Shown piece after piece: positions 8,377-17,235 of a stretch of DNA of 64,000 nucleotides. The stretch is from IMG/VR virus record IMGVR_UViG_3300046675_000363; one strand, given 5' to 3'. The notes under the pieces are model-generated. The model saw nothing but the letters and a program-made list of their open reading frames with translations. It was not told the origin of the DNA and ran no database searches. A program made the translations under genes and the position numbers. The first letter of the stretch is position 1, and the number at the start of each line of letters is the position of its first letter. The stretch comes from an uncultured virus (IMG/VR IMGVR_UViG_3300046675_000363) (lineage: Duplodnaviria; Heunggongvirae; Uroviricota; Caudoviricetes).

Positions 8377-10328
8377 AGAAACTCTACATCGACGTCGAAA
8401 CCCGCTCCAGGGTTGAACTGGGCGACGCCGGCTCCCGCCGGTACGCTGTCGATCCCTCGACCATGATCACCACGGCGGCGTGGAAGTGGGCGGCGCCGAA
8501 AGGCGCTTTCTCGCCAGCCATGACCGCCTGCAATGTCCCCAGCCTTGACGGCATGGGGCGGGCCTCGATGGCTGAATTTACCAAGGCCCTGGGCGAGGCC
8601 GACACGATCGTCGCCCACCACATCAATTTTGACGTCAATGTGATCGCGAAGACGATCGGCCCCTGCGGCATGCGACTGGAGCAATTCGACTGCACCATGG
8701 CGCGCGCCCAGCGCATGAGCCTCCCTGGCGGGCTGGAAGAGCTATGCCGCGCGCTCGGCGTCAAGGGCAAGACCATTGGCGGGCGCCGGTTCGTCATGGC
8801 GACCTGCAAGCCCAAGCGCGACGGATCCTGGAACGAGGATCCGGAGGTTTTCCGCCATCTGATCGACTACAACGCCCAGGACATCCATTGCCTTGAGAGC
8901 GTGGACGAGATCCTGCCGCCGCTGCCGCCAGACGAAATGGCGATCTGGCGGCGGACCTGGTGGAAAAATGCTCGCGGCCTGCCGCTCGATCTGGAGCTAT
9001 GTCACCGAATCGCGGCCAAGAAACAGGAGATCGAGCGCGAGATTGCCGGCGAGCTATTCGAGATCACCGGCGGCGCCGTCACCGCCCTAACCCAGCGCGC
9101 GCGGATCCTGACCTGGCTCAAGTCGCAAGGCGTCGATATCGAGAACACCCAGCGCGCGACGCTCGAAACCTGGCTCGACCTTGAAGAACTGCCATTCAAC
9201 GCCTGGCGGATCCTGACGTATCTTTTTGACAGCGGAGGCTCGGCGCCGACGAAGGCCCAGGCCCTGCTCGATCGGCAGGTCAATGGGGTCTTTCAAGACG
9301 CCACCCGCTATTTCGGCGCGCGCAGCGGACGAGGGACGTCCGAGGGCGTCAATATGTTCAATATTGCTCGTCCCAGCGGCAAATATGACACCGAAAAGGT
9401 GATCGCGCGGCTGAAGGCCCAGCCCAACGGCGTCTTCACCAACACCGAACTGAGCGACGTCCTGCGCGGCGCCATTGTGGCGCCAGAGGGCGAGGTGGTG
9501 CTCGACGTCGATCTGTCGAACATCGAGCTACGCCTGTCGCTGTGGTACGCCGGCGATCAGCCCAAACTGGACCTGCTCGCCAAGAATGAAGACCTCTATG
9601 CCAAAACCGCCGGCAATTCGATGGGGGTTCCAGGATTGACTAAATACACCCACCCGAAAGAGCGGCAAGGTTACAAAAAAGTGGTGCTGTCGGGCGGGTA
9701 TGGGATCGGCATCCATAAGCTCTACAACTCGTTCAAAACCGACAAAGATCTGCCCTATGAGTATCGCCGCGATCTGACGCTTGGAACTGTTGCGGCGATC
9801 CACCGAGGCTATCGCGACGACAACAAGCCGCTGCAAAGGGCGTGGTATGCCTTGGGCGACGCCATGAAGCTGGCCCTGCGCGAAAAGGGCCGGGTGGTCG
9901 AAGTCTTCGACGGCAAGATCGGCTTCCTTTATCGCGGCAGCGAGGACGTCATGGCCATGCGCCTGCCCTCTGGCCGCGTCATCCCGCACTATAAGCCGCA
10001 CCTCGACGAAGAGGGCCAGCTATGCTTCTGGCGGGCGAAATATGGGCGCATGATGAAGTGCCGCACCTGGGGTGGCGCGCTGATGGAGATCGCCTGCCAG
10101 AGCGCGGCGCGCGACGTCCTGGTGGCCGTCGAGGCGGCGATCGAGCAGGAGCTTCCCGACGTGCGGCTGATCCTCGATATCTATGACAGCGTGGTCGCCC
10201 TGGCGCCCAAGGCGGTCGCCCAGCAGCGATTGGATCACATCTTAACCATCATGCGGCGGACGCCGGCCTGGGCTGTCGGCCTGCCCTTGAATGCCGAGGG
10301 CGTGATCGCGGCGAGGATGCAGAAATGA
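8373..10328 (+). CDS. polA: DNA polymerase family A with 3'-5' exonuclease (Leu762 type)
   Basis: ExoI YIDVET, ExoII AHHINFD, ExoIII YNAQD; motif A DLSNIELR, motif B RQGYKKVVLSGGYG, motif C IYDS. Confidence 0.95.
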   Translation: MKKLYIDVETRSRVELGDAGSRRYAVDPSTMITTAAWKWAAPKGAFSPAMTACNVPSLDGMGRASMAEFTKALGEADTIVAHHINFDVNVIAKTIGPCGMRLEQFDCTMARAQRMSLPGGLEELCRALGVKGKTIGGRRFVMATCKPKRDGSWNEDPEVFRHLIDYNAQDIHCLESVDEILPPLPPDEMAIWRRTWWKNARGLPLDLELCHRIAAKKQEIEREIAGELFEITGGAVTALTQRARILTWLKSQGVDIENTQRATLETWLDLEELPFNAWRILTYLFDSGGSAPTKAQALLDRQVNGVFQDATRYFGARSGRGTSEGVNMFNIARPSGKYDTEKVIARLKAQPNGVFTNTELSDVLRGAIVAPEGEVVLDVDLSNIELRLSLWYAGDQPKLDLLAKNEDLYAKTAGNSMGVPGLTKYTHPKERQGYKKVVLSGGYGIGIHKLYNSFKTDKDLPYEYRRDLTLGTVAAIHRGYRDDNKPLQRAWYALGDAMKLALREKGRVVEVFDGKIGFLYRGSEDVMAMRLPSGRVIPHYKPHLDEEGQLCFWRAKYGRMMKCRTWGGALMEIACQSAARDVLVAVEAAIEQELPDVRLILDIYDSVVALAPKAVAQQRLDHILTIMRRTPAWAVGLPLNAEGVIAARMQK

Positions 10329-10489
10329 TCGACGAAGAGGTGCATTGGTATCGATACGTTCCCTGGGCGCTGGTGGAGGCTTATCAGGCGCTCGGCTGGG
10401 TGTTGGAGGGCGACATGGGGCCGGTCATGCGCGTCTACCGCGCCATCATGCGCTGGGCGGGCCAGGGCGAGCCTGTGGAGCCGAAATGA
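10325..10489 (+). CDS. Small hypothetical protein (54 aa, MIDEEVHWYRYVPW...)
   Basis: ATGA coupling at both ends; below ORF-track length cutoff. Confidence 0.6.
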   Translation: MIDEEVHWYRYVPWALVEAYQALGWVLEGDMGPVMRVYRAIMRWAGQGEPVEPK

Positions 10490-10695
10490 AAAAGCCAAAG
10501 CCCATTTGGATGCCGCCGCCTGGCTACATCCCGCCCAGGCCCTACGCCGGCGTCTGCCCTGGCTGCAAGGTCAACCATGGCGGATCCAAGTTCACTTTCG
10601 TGGAAGGGCCGGGCGGGACACAGGACGCCCGCCGCTGGGGTTATTGGTGCGCCGAGTGTGAGAAAATACCTTTTTGGGTGAGGCCCGAAAAATAA
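10486..10695 (+). CDS. Small Zn-finger-like protein
   Basis: CPGC...CAEC; ATGA coupling. Confidence 0.6.
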   Translation: MKKPKPIWMPPPGYIPPRPYAGVCPGCKVNHGGSKFTFVEGPGGTQDARRWGYWCAECEKIPFWVRPEK

Positions 10696-10719
10696 TTTCG
10701 AAAAAATGCAAAAAGGCGC

Positions 10720-10749
10720 TTTACAACCGAATACGCCATGTCCTATAAG
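10720..10749 (+). promoter_or_regulatory. Sigma70-type early promoter P1
   Basis: TTTACA-N18-TATAAG with upstream A-tract; paralogous to the promoters at 13511 and 14228. Confidence 0.8.
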
Positions 10750-10802
10750 AGGTCATCAGCGGACGGGAATTAACCCGCCGCTCTCTCCGGGGACCAAGGA
10801 TT

Positions 10803-11126
10803 ATGACCATCAACACTCTCGCCGACCGCTACGCCGCCGCCAAAGAGCTTCTCAGCGAGCAGGAAGACATCGTTAAGGCCCTCAAGGCCGAAATCGTCGC
10901 CTTGGGCGTCGTGCAGGTCGAAGGCCGCTCCTGCTTCGTCAACGTCTCTCTCGGCTCGCGCAAGACGCTCGACGCCAAGGCGGTCGTTTCCGCTCTCGGC
11001 CAGCCGTGGGTCGACGCCCACACCAAAGAAGGAAAGGAGTACGAAATCCTCAACATCGAGGCCAAGCCTGTCAAGGCGCTGGTCGCTAAGGCGCTCGCTG
11101 AACTGGAAGACGCCGCCGGCTTCTGA
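10803..11126 (+). CDS. Hypothetical early protein
   Basis: AAGGA RBS; strongly biased codon usage. Confidence 0.85.
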   Translation: MTINTLADRYAAAKELLSEQEDIVKALKAEIVALGVVQVEGRSCFVNVSLGSRKTLDAKAVVSALGQPWVDAHTKEGKEYEILNIEAKPVKALVAKALAELEDAAGF

Positions 11127-11195
11127 TTGAAGTTTCAGCGCGGTGGGGGTTTCGACCCCCACATCGCGGACACTTTCGTCCGATCGGAGAACAAC

Positions 11196-11333
11196 ATGAA
11201 AAACATCTTCCTCATCGCCCTTGTCGCTCTTTCCGTTGGCGGCGCTTACGTCAGCTATGCCCATGCCGGAACCTGCACCACGACCTGCAACACCTACGGC
11301 AACCAGCGGTACTGCAACACCACCTGCTACTGA
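11196..11333 (+). CDS. Small secreted Cys-rich peptide
   Basis: GGAG RBS; signal peptide ending AHA; mature GTCTTTCNTYGNQRYCNTTCY. Confidence 0.7.
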   Translation: MKNIFLIALVALSVGGAYVSYAHAGTCTTTCNTYGNQRYCNTTCY

Positions 11334-11406
11334 TTTTCTGTCCCTCTGGACCTGCCCCCTTGAGAAAGGGGCAGACCCGGAAGATCCGAAAACAAGGAAG
11401 AAAAGC

Positions 11407-11733
11407 ATGCCCAATATCACCGTCAAAGAGATCAACGCCACCATCCGGCACCTGAAAAATGCCGTCAAAAAGGGCAACCGCGCCCTGTTCGACAGTAACG
11501 CCGCCTACCTCAAGAACATGGTTCACGCTTTGATCCTTGAGCAGGGGCAGGGCCTTGAGCCGATCGTCCTGCCGCTCTACGCGGTGAAGGTCTACAGCAA
11601 GATCACCGAGACGGAAGCGTCCTTCGACGTGCGCGCCTCCAGCGAAATCAATGCGGTTCGCGCCATCCGCAATGCGGGCCTCAAGGGCGACAAGCACATC
11701 ATCCGCAGCATCGACCTGGTGAGGGCGTCGTGA
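11407..11733 (+). CDS. Hypothetical early protein
   Basis: AAGGAAG RBS, MPNITVKE. Confidence 0.8.
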   Translation: MPNITVKEINATIRHLKNAVKKGNRALFDSNAAYLKNMVHALILEQGQGLEPIVLPLYAVKVYSKITETEASFDVRASSEINAVRAIRNAGLKGDKHIIRSIDLVRAS

Positions 11734-11933
11734 GCGCGCAGCTTGACATCGAGGTCGAGGACCACGGCTCGCTGTGGCTCTTCCGGCCCCTGACCAAGAC
11801 GGCGTCGACCTGGATCGACGACAACGTCCAGGACGCGGCCCTGTGGTTCGGCGGCGCCCTCGCCGTCGAGGCCCGGTTTGTCCATGAAATGATCGAGGGC
11901 ATGCTGGCCGACGGCCTGGAGGTGGGCAGATGA
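11730..11933 (+). CDS. Hypothetical early protein
   Basis: DHGSLWLFRPLT..W..DNV..ALAVEARF; GTGA coupling. Confidence 0.8.
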   Translation: MSAQLDIEVEDHGSLWLFRPLTKTASTWIDDNVQDAALWFGGALAVEARFVHEMIEGMLADGLEVGR

Positions 11934-12115
11934 AGCGCGCCGCATGGGTGAACGGCAAGCGCCGCGTCACTGGCGAGTGGCGATACCACTGGAGCAGCGA
12001 CACGTTCGTGATCGTGCTCGACGGGCGCAACCGCCTAACTGGCCGCCCCAATGTCATCTACGCCAAGGGCGAAGAGCCTGAATGGGGCAACTGGAAAAGA
12101 GAGGCGGAACGATGA
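11930..12115 (+). CDS. Hypothetical early protein
   Basis: ATGA coupling; GGAGG RBS. Confidence 0.7.
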   Translation: MKRAAWVNGKRRVTGEWRYHWSSDTFVIVLDGRNRLTGRPNVIYAKGEEPEWGNWKREAER

Positions 12116-12309
12116 ACATCGAGCAACGCAGGATAATCGCCCACATTTCCGACCGCGTGACGGTCGAGGAATGGCCAGAGCAGACTTGCTGGCGGTGGGT
12201 GGTCGTCCATCAGTACGCACCCGGCGCTCGCGAGGTGAAGCCTTACACAACCAAGGGCAGCGCGATGCGCGGCGGCAAACGCATGGCCTGGCACAGGAAA
12301 GGGATTTGA
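12112..12309 (+). CDS. Hypothetical early protein
   Basis: ATGA coupling. Confidence 0.6.
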   Translation: MNIEQRRIIAHISDRVTVEEWPEQTCWRWVVVHQYAPGAREVKPYTTKGSAMRGGKRMAWHRKGI

Positions 12310-12311
12310 TC

Positions 12312-12539
12312 ATGACAACGAAGGAAATGAAGGACATGGGTCTGGTCAGCATCCCGCTCACCGCCGACGAGGTTCGCACTGCCATCCTGGCGCTGCACGA
12401 AGCGGAGGAAATCTACCTCCGTCGCGCTGCGCGCTACAGGGAGGCCGGATTCTCGGCCAACCATGCCGACTGCCTCAAGCGGGCCGGCAAGGCCCAGGCG
12501 CTGGCCAACTGGGTCGCCCACCACGCCGACGCGGAGTGA
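12312..12539 (+). CDS. Hypothetical early protein
   Basis: In operon, MTTKEMK. Confidence 0.65.
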   Translation: MTTKEMKDMGLVSIPLTADEVRTAILALHEAEEIYLRRAARYREAGFSANHADCLKRAGKAQALANWVAHHADAE

Positions 12540-12763
12540 TGGCCATGAAAAGAAGGATTGTTAAAGACCAGGGCCAGCGGGTCGATGAATTACGCGCCCT
12601 GGTGGCTGACTTGAACTATGCGCTTTATATCTCTCGCTACGCGATCGCCCACCTCGCCATCGAAGACAAGGCGCCCGCCGATCCCACGGGAAAATCGTGG
12701 GCCGACTGGCTTGAAGAAATTGGCATGCTGCGCGAACGCGCCCGCAAGACGCTGGAGGGCTGA
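12536..12763 (+). CDS. Hypothetical early protein
   Basis: Coupled to the preceding ORF. Confidence 0.6.
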   Translation: MMAMKRRIVKDQGQRVDELRALVADLNYALYISRYAIAHLAIEDKAPADPTGKSWADWLEEIGMLRERARKTLEG

Positions 12764-12765
12764 CC

Positions 12766-12948
12766 ATGCGCAAATTTGAGGTGACCGTCCTGGTGACCAG
12801 GGAGGGGGCCTTGCGGCCCTTCCGCGTCCATTACCTCACGATGGCCCACACTTTTGAGCAGGCGCGCCAGAAGGTCGCCGCCCAGGCTCTGAAGCATAAA
12901 ACCCACCAATTCATCCGCGTCGTCGATGCAAGGAAACCCGAAGCATGA
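12766..12948 (+). CDS. Hypothetical early protein
   Basis: GGAGG RBS. Confidence 0.65.
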   Translation: MRKFEVTVLVTREGALRPFRVHYLTMAHTFEQARQKVAAQALKHKTHQFIRVVDARKPEA

Positions 12949-13283
12949 AGCGTCGATATCTGACGAAGACCCAAAAGGCCGTGCTTAAGAGCATGGCCGA
13001 CAACGGCGGGCGCGCAGTGATCGCCACTGGCACCCGGTGGAGCAGCTTCAGCCCCGGCAGGTGCTGCATCTTCGGGCAGGGAATGCACTGCCTGCTTCAC
13101 AATCGCTGGATCACCAGCCGTGGCGAAAACCAAATCGGGTTTTACGCTTGGACGACCGAAGGCCGGCTGGCGCATGAGCGCGGCTGGTTCATCCCTCAAC
13201 TCTATTCCTCGCCCCACTGGGCTGATGAAAAACCCCTGCCTGACGAAGGAAACCTGAAGCATGATCCCCACCCGAACCATTGA
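12945..13283 (+). CDS. Hypothetical early protein
   Basis: ATGA coupling. Confidence 0.6.
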   Translation: MKRRYLTKTQKAVLKSMADNGGRAVIATGTRWSSFSPGRCCIFGQGMHCLLHNRWITSRGENQIGFYAWTTEGRLAHERGWFIPQLYSSPHWADEKPLPDEGNLKHDPHPNH

Positions 13284-13491
13284 AGAAATCGGCGTCATCG
13301 CCTGCGGCAAGTCCCTGCGCTTCAAGGCGCATGACGCCTACGCCGTGCTGGGCGAAGACTTGAACGATCTCTGCGCCCTGGTGGTGCGCCTGGGAACGCA
13401 GATGACCGACCAGGCTGAAAATTACGTCTGGTCCGATCGGCTGCGTGAGATCCTCGACCAGGCTCTAAAATCTAATTTGTCGGGAGGCTAA
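13261..13491 (+). CDS. Hypothetical early protein
   Basis: AAGGA RBS. Confidence 0.6.
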   Translation: MIPTRTIEEIGVIACGKSLRFKAHDAYAVLGEDLNDLCALVVRLGTQMTDQAENYVWSDRLREILDQALKSNLSGG

Positions 13492-13510
13492 ACTTTTTTC
13501 AAAAAGGCTG

Positions 13511-13540
13511 TTGACAGGCGCTCACGGTGTGTCCTATAAA
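13511..13540 (+). promoter_or_regulatory. Sigma70-type early promoter P2
   Basis: AAAAAGGCTG-TTGACA-N18-TATAAA. Confidence 0.85.
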
Positions 13541-13565
13541 GGGTCATCAACAACGGGGCGCACAA

Positions 13566-13733
13566 ATGATCGCTTATCTCCACAAGGGCCGGAACAACAC
13601 CTGGGAACTGCGCTTCTGCGCTGAACCCTGCAACGGACCGGCCTTTGCCAACGCCGAGATGGTCAACGTCTCTGGCAAGCGCGAGGCCCGCAAGATCTGC
13701 AAGGATCGCGGCGCCCAGGCTTGGAATTTCTGA
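13566..13733 (+). CDS. Small hypothetical early protein
   Basis: First ORF after P2; ends GKREARKIC..AWNF. Confidence 0.75.
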   Translation: MIAYLHKGRNNTWELRFCAEPCNGPAFANAEMVNVSGKREARKICKDRGAQAWNF

Positions 13734-13792
13734 CCCAACCGGGGAGCCTACGGGCCTCCCGTTTCAACCCCACCCAAACGGGATTTCTCTCC

Positions 13793-14107
13793 ATGTCCAA
13801 GATCTACCTCCCCATTTCCAAAGGCCCCTACCTCAAGAAAGAGGGCAACTGGGTTCGCGAAAACCCGCTCTGCGACCTGACCTTTGACGAATTGCTCAAG
13901 GATCTGATCGACGGCCAGTATGGCGACGAGATCGTCTCGATTATCGAGATCGACCTGGCCGCCGGCACCTCGAAAGAGGCGATCGACGAGTTCGCGGACG
14001 CCGTCTATCACAAGGTTGTGGCCGATTGGCGCCCCGTCGGCGCGGACCTGGCCGAATGGTTGGCCGATCGCGGTTTCAACGTCTCTCAGAGCGGGGGAGA
14101 ACGCTGA
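13793..14107 (+). CDS. Hypothetical acidic protein
   Basis: MSKIYLP..DLIDGQY; good codon usage. Confidence 0.75.
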   Translation: MSKIYLPISKGPYLKKEGNWVRENPLCDLTFDELLKDLIDGQYGDEIVSIIEIDLAAGTSKEAIDEFADAVYHKVVADWRPVGADLAEWLADRGFNVSQSGGER

Positions 14108-14227
14108 TGCGCCCGTTCTGGCAGCATGCCTTGTTCTTTCTCATTGGCGCGGTCGCCACGCTGGGCCTGATTAACTTCATCGACTGGCTCACCCCTGAAA
14201 TTCTTCCATAAAAAACAAAAAAGGCTG

Positions 14228-14257
14228 TTGACAAGCGAACACGGTGTGTCCTATAAG
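14228..14257 (+). promoter_or_regulatory. Sigma70-type early promoter P3
   Basis: AAAAAGGCTG-TTGACA-N18-TATAAG, near-identical to P2. Confidence 0.85.
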
Positions 14258-14283
14258 GGGACATCAACCACGGGGACACACCG

Positions 14284-14715
14284 ATGACCACCACCGCCCG
14301 CCTCACAGACATCGCCGCGATCAACAAGTTTCTGTTCGCCGGCAACGCCACTTTCACCCTGGTGTCGGCCAAGACCGGCGCTCGCTATACCTTCAAGGCG
14401 CGCCATTGCGGCGACGAAGGCAAGGATCTGTTTTTCGTGTCGGTCCTGACCGGCGCTGACAACGAGGCCTCCTACACCTACCTGGGCCAGTTTGTCGGCA
14501 TGCGCGGTTTCCAGCATGGCCGCAAGTCGACGATCGGCGTCGATGCGCCGTCGGCCAAGGCCCTGGCCTGGTTTTCCAAGTTTCTGAACACGCCGGCGCT
14601 GCCCGACGTGGTCGAGTTCTGGCACGAAGGCAAGTGCTGCCGCTGTGGCCGCAAATTGACCGTGCCCGCCTCCATCGCTTCCGGCATTGGTCCGGAATGC
14701 GCGACCAAAATCTGA
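14284..14715 (+). CDS. DUF6011-like Zn-binding protein
   Basis: AGNATFTL..TG.RYTFK; C-terminal CCRCGRKLT..SIASGIGPEC. Confidence 0.8.
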   Translation: MTTTARLTDIAAINKFLFAGNATFTLVSAKTGARYTFKARHCGDEGKDLFFVSVLTGADNEASYTYLGQFVGMRGFQHGRKSTIGVDAPSAKALAWFSKFLNTPALPDVVEFWHEGKCCRCGRKLTVPASIASGIGPECATKI

Positions 14716-14725
14716 GGATCTCTCC

Positions 14726-15637
14726 ATGAAAAAGCTTGCTCTCCTGGCTTCCCTGCTCTGCACCGTCTCGGCCCAGGCCGCCACCTACAAAATTGTGCCG
14801 ATCAACACCGGCGACGTGATCGCGATCGAAGGCGACATCGCTTATGGCGATGAGACGGTTTTCGAGGCCCGCCTGGCCGAGGTGGCCAATGCCGGCCACA
14901 CCCTCGCGGGGATTGGCTTGAACTCGCTCGGCGGCAACGTCTACTCCTCCGAGGCCATGGCGATCACCATCGCCAAACAGGGCTATTCGGTGATCGTGGC
15001 CGGCGGCGAGTATTGCGCCTCGTCCTGCGTCCTGCTGTTCGCCGCCGGCAAAGAGAAAATCGCCATGGCTGACGCTCGTATCGGCGTCCATGGCGCATCG
15101 ATGAACGGCAAGGAAGACGCGACCGCCGCCAAGGTCACGCTCTTGATGATCGCGGACCTGAAAGAATACGGCGTCCCGCCGGCGATCCTGGGCAAGATGG
15201 CGATGACGAGCAACAAAGAGGTGTCCTGGCTGACGATCGAGGATCTGCGCAGCATGGGCGTCAAGATCCCGCCTGCCGAGGGCAAGATGCCGAGGCCTTC
15301 TGCTGCGGCGCCCGCGCCCGTCAGCAACGAAGTCAACTGGAATGGCGAATGGGTCGATTTTGTCAACATGGCGGCAAATGCGTCGAAAAAGAGCTACGGC
15401 AAGGTCAACCTGTCGCGGGTCATGCATGATGACGGCTCGTATATGTTGAGCCTGTCATATCTGTCCAAGACCGACAAAAGGGTCGAGCTTGTCGAAAACC
15501 ACACTACGGGCAAAGAAGAGACGTTCGATGCGTGGACATGCGTCTACTATTCGGAGACGCTCAAGAAGTGCCGTGGTTGGCATGTCGAAAAATGGGACAC
15601 ATATAACAAGATTAGCAACAAGTGGGTGAAGCAATGA
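14726..15637 (+). CDS. Exported ClpP/crotonase-fold protein
   Basis: Signal peptide (AQA); LNSLGGNV, CASSCVLLFAAG, IGVH motifs; extra C-terminal domain. Confidence 0.75.
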   Translation: MKKLALLASLLCTVSAQAATYKIVPINTGDVIAIEGDIAYGDETVFEARLAEVANAGHTLAGIGLNSLGGNVYSSEAMAITIAKQGYSVIVAGGEYCASSCVLLFAAGKEKIAMADARIGVHGASMNGKEDATAAKVTLLMIADLKEYGVPPAILGKMAMTSNKEVSWLTIEDLRSMGVKIPPAEGKMPRPSAAAPAPVSNEVNWNGEWVDFVNMAANASKKSYGKVNLSRVMHDDGSYMLSLSYLSKTDKRVELVENHTTGKEETFDAWTCVYYSETLKKCRGWHVEKWDTYNKISNKWVKQ

Positions 15638-15713
15638 TGGCACACTTTTGGATATTCGTCATTGGCTTCGCCATTGGCTACTTGCTGGTCGAAGGCATCT
15701 TCAGGAGGTGATA

Positions 15714-15917
15714 ATGAAAACGCATAGCTCAATCACTGAAGACCGCCTGCTGGACGCGGTCGAGCGCCGTGAGACGTGTCTGGATAATCCGGGCTTCTGC
15801 ATCGCCTGCGGCGCGGAGCAGGATGGCTGCGAGCCTGACGCCAGGAAATACGTCTGCGAGGCTTGCGGCAAGCCGGCGGTCTACGGAGCCGAGGAGATCC
15901 TGCAATGCATTTCATGA
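15714..15917 (+). CDS. Small Zn-ribbon protein
   Basis: GFCIACG..CEPDARKY.CEACG..VYGAEE; AGGAGG RBS. Confidence 0.8.
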   Translation: MKTHSSITEDRLLDAVERRETCLDNPGFCIACGAEQDGCEPDARKYVCEACGKPAVYGAEEILQCIS

Positions 15918-16026
15918 TCGGCTTCGGGATTTTCGTGGCGTGTTGGGGCTTGTTCCCGCGCGTCATGGGCTGGATCACCCTGCTGGCCGTTGTCGCCCTC
16001 GTCCTGACGATCGGAGGATCACACCA

Positions 16027-16233
16027 ATGAACTGGAAACCGGAGGTTAAAATCAGCGGAAACTGGGAGCACAATCGCCTGGTGTTCGCGACCAAGGAAGA
16101 GGCCGAAATCAGCGCGCATAGTCTGTTCATGCGCTGGACGTTGGCCGATGATCACCGGGCCGTCGAGAGCGACGACCCCGTCAACTACGTCATTGTCGAC
16201 GGCGAAATGTCGCCGGTCAGAGAGGGGGCTTGA
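16027..16233 (+). CDS. Hypothetical protein
   Basis: GGAGG RBS; WKPEV..N.L.FATKEEAE..RW..DDPVNY. Confidence 0.8.
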   Translation: MNWKPEVKISGNWEHNRLVFATKEEAEISAHSLFMRWTLADDHRAVESDDPVNYVIVDGEMSPVREGA

Positions 16234-16333
16234 CCCTCGCCTTTATCATCATCCTCCTGGCGGCCAGCGCGCCCAAAACCATGCTGGCCGGCTTAATTGC
16301 AACCCTCATTACCCTGAACTGGACGAGAACCCA

Positions 16334-16615
16334 ATGAACGACACGAGCAAAATGGACGCCGCCAAATACGGGCCGGCTTTTTACGGCAATGTCGGCACGA
16401 TCGAGAAGCTGACGCTCGGCATGATGCTGACGCGGATGCTCAAGGGCGACTTGGCGCTGGCGCCGCCGAATTTCCTGCTGAACCTGGGCATGCTGCTGGT
16501 GATGACGGGGCTGCAGCGGATGAAGACCGACAAGCCCGACCAGGTCATGGCCGACCTCTCGGACTGCGTCATCCGGTCCCTGACCAATATGCAGGCCTGG
16601 ATGCGCGACCAATGA
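16334..16615 (+). CDS. Hypothetical protein
   Basis: In operon. Confidence 0.6.
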   Translation: MNDTSKMDAAKYGPAFYGNVGTIEKLTLGMMLTRMLKGDLALAPPNFLLNLGMLLVMTGLQRMKTDKPDQVMADLSDCVIRSLTNMQAWMRDQ

Positions 16616-16812
16616 GGTGCGATCAGTGCCGGTTTTTCACGGCGCTTCGGGAGCCGTGGAGTTGGCGCGGCTCCTGCAACATCAAGTTGCCGCCTGGCGC
16701 CATTACGGACAAGACAGGCGGTTATGCGCCCGACACGTTCACGCGCGGCGATTCGGGCTGCGATTTGGGAAAGAAAAGGAAGAAACCGGAGGAAATAGCC
16801 GATGAAGCCTGA
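16612..16812 (+). CDS. Small Cys-rich protein
   Basis: CDQCRFF..GSC...PP..C. Confidence 0.65.
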   Translation: MRCDQCRFFTALREPWSWRGSCNIKLPPGAITDKTGGYAPDTFTRGDSGCDLGKKRKKPEEIADEA

Positions 16813-17029
16813 AATGTTGGAAACCGTGGGCCAGAACCTGTTCGGCGCTCATTGGATCGGGGAACTGGCGATGCGCCTGGATGTGGCGCCCCGCACGGTG
16901 CGGCGCTGGGCCAGGGGCGAGTTCGCCATGCCGCGCGAGGCTGAAGAGGCTCTGGCGGTGATCGCGCGGGCCAGGGTGCAGGAGGCGGCGCGCGCTTTGG
17001 AGGGATTGCTTGCCGCTGGACAGGATTGA
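16802..17029 (+). CDS. HTH (Cro/XRE-like) regulator
   Basis: ELAMRLDVAPRTVRRWARG; GGAGG RBS. Confidence 0.8.
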   Translation: MKPEMLETVGQNLFGAHWIGELAMRLDVAPRTVRRWARGEFAMPREAEEALAVIARARVQEAARALEGLLAAGQD

Positions 17030-17235
17030 AATACGGGCCTAGATTAGGCCCCCCAAACGAGACAAGGCCCGGCCTGTTGGACCGGACCTTGAATTATCAC
17101 CACCGGGAGAACGGACGGGTCGACGGGAGAACGACAGCTAGTCAGTGGCGCTGACTTGACAGCAATCTAGCCTCCCCCGTCATTATTGTCAATGAACGAA
17201 CCTGCTTTTGCGCGGGCGTGGGAGAATTTTGTCTG

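Noticed and set aside
8373..10328. Z-genome (2-aminoadenine) or other modified-base system
   Set aside because: No PurZ, dATPase/MazZ or queuosine-pathway genes are recognisable in the window
11140..11165. tRNA gene suggested by a TTCGA loop
   Set aside because: Only an isolated UUCG hairpin; no cloverleaf
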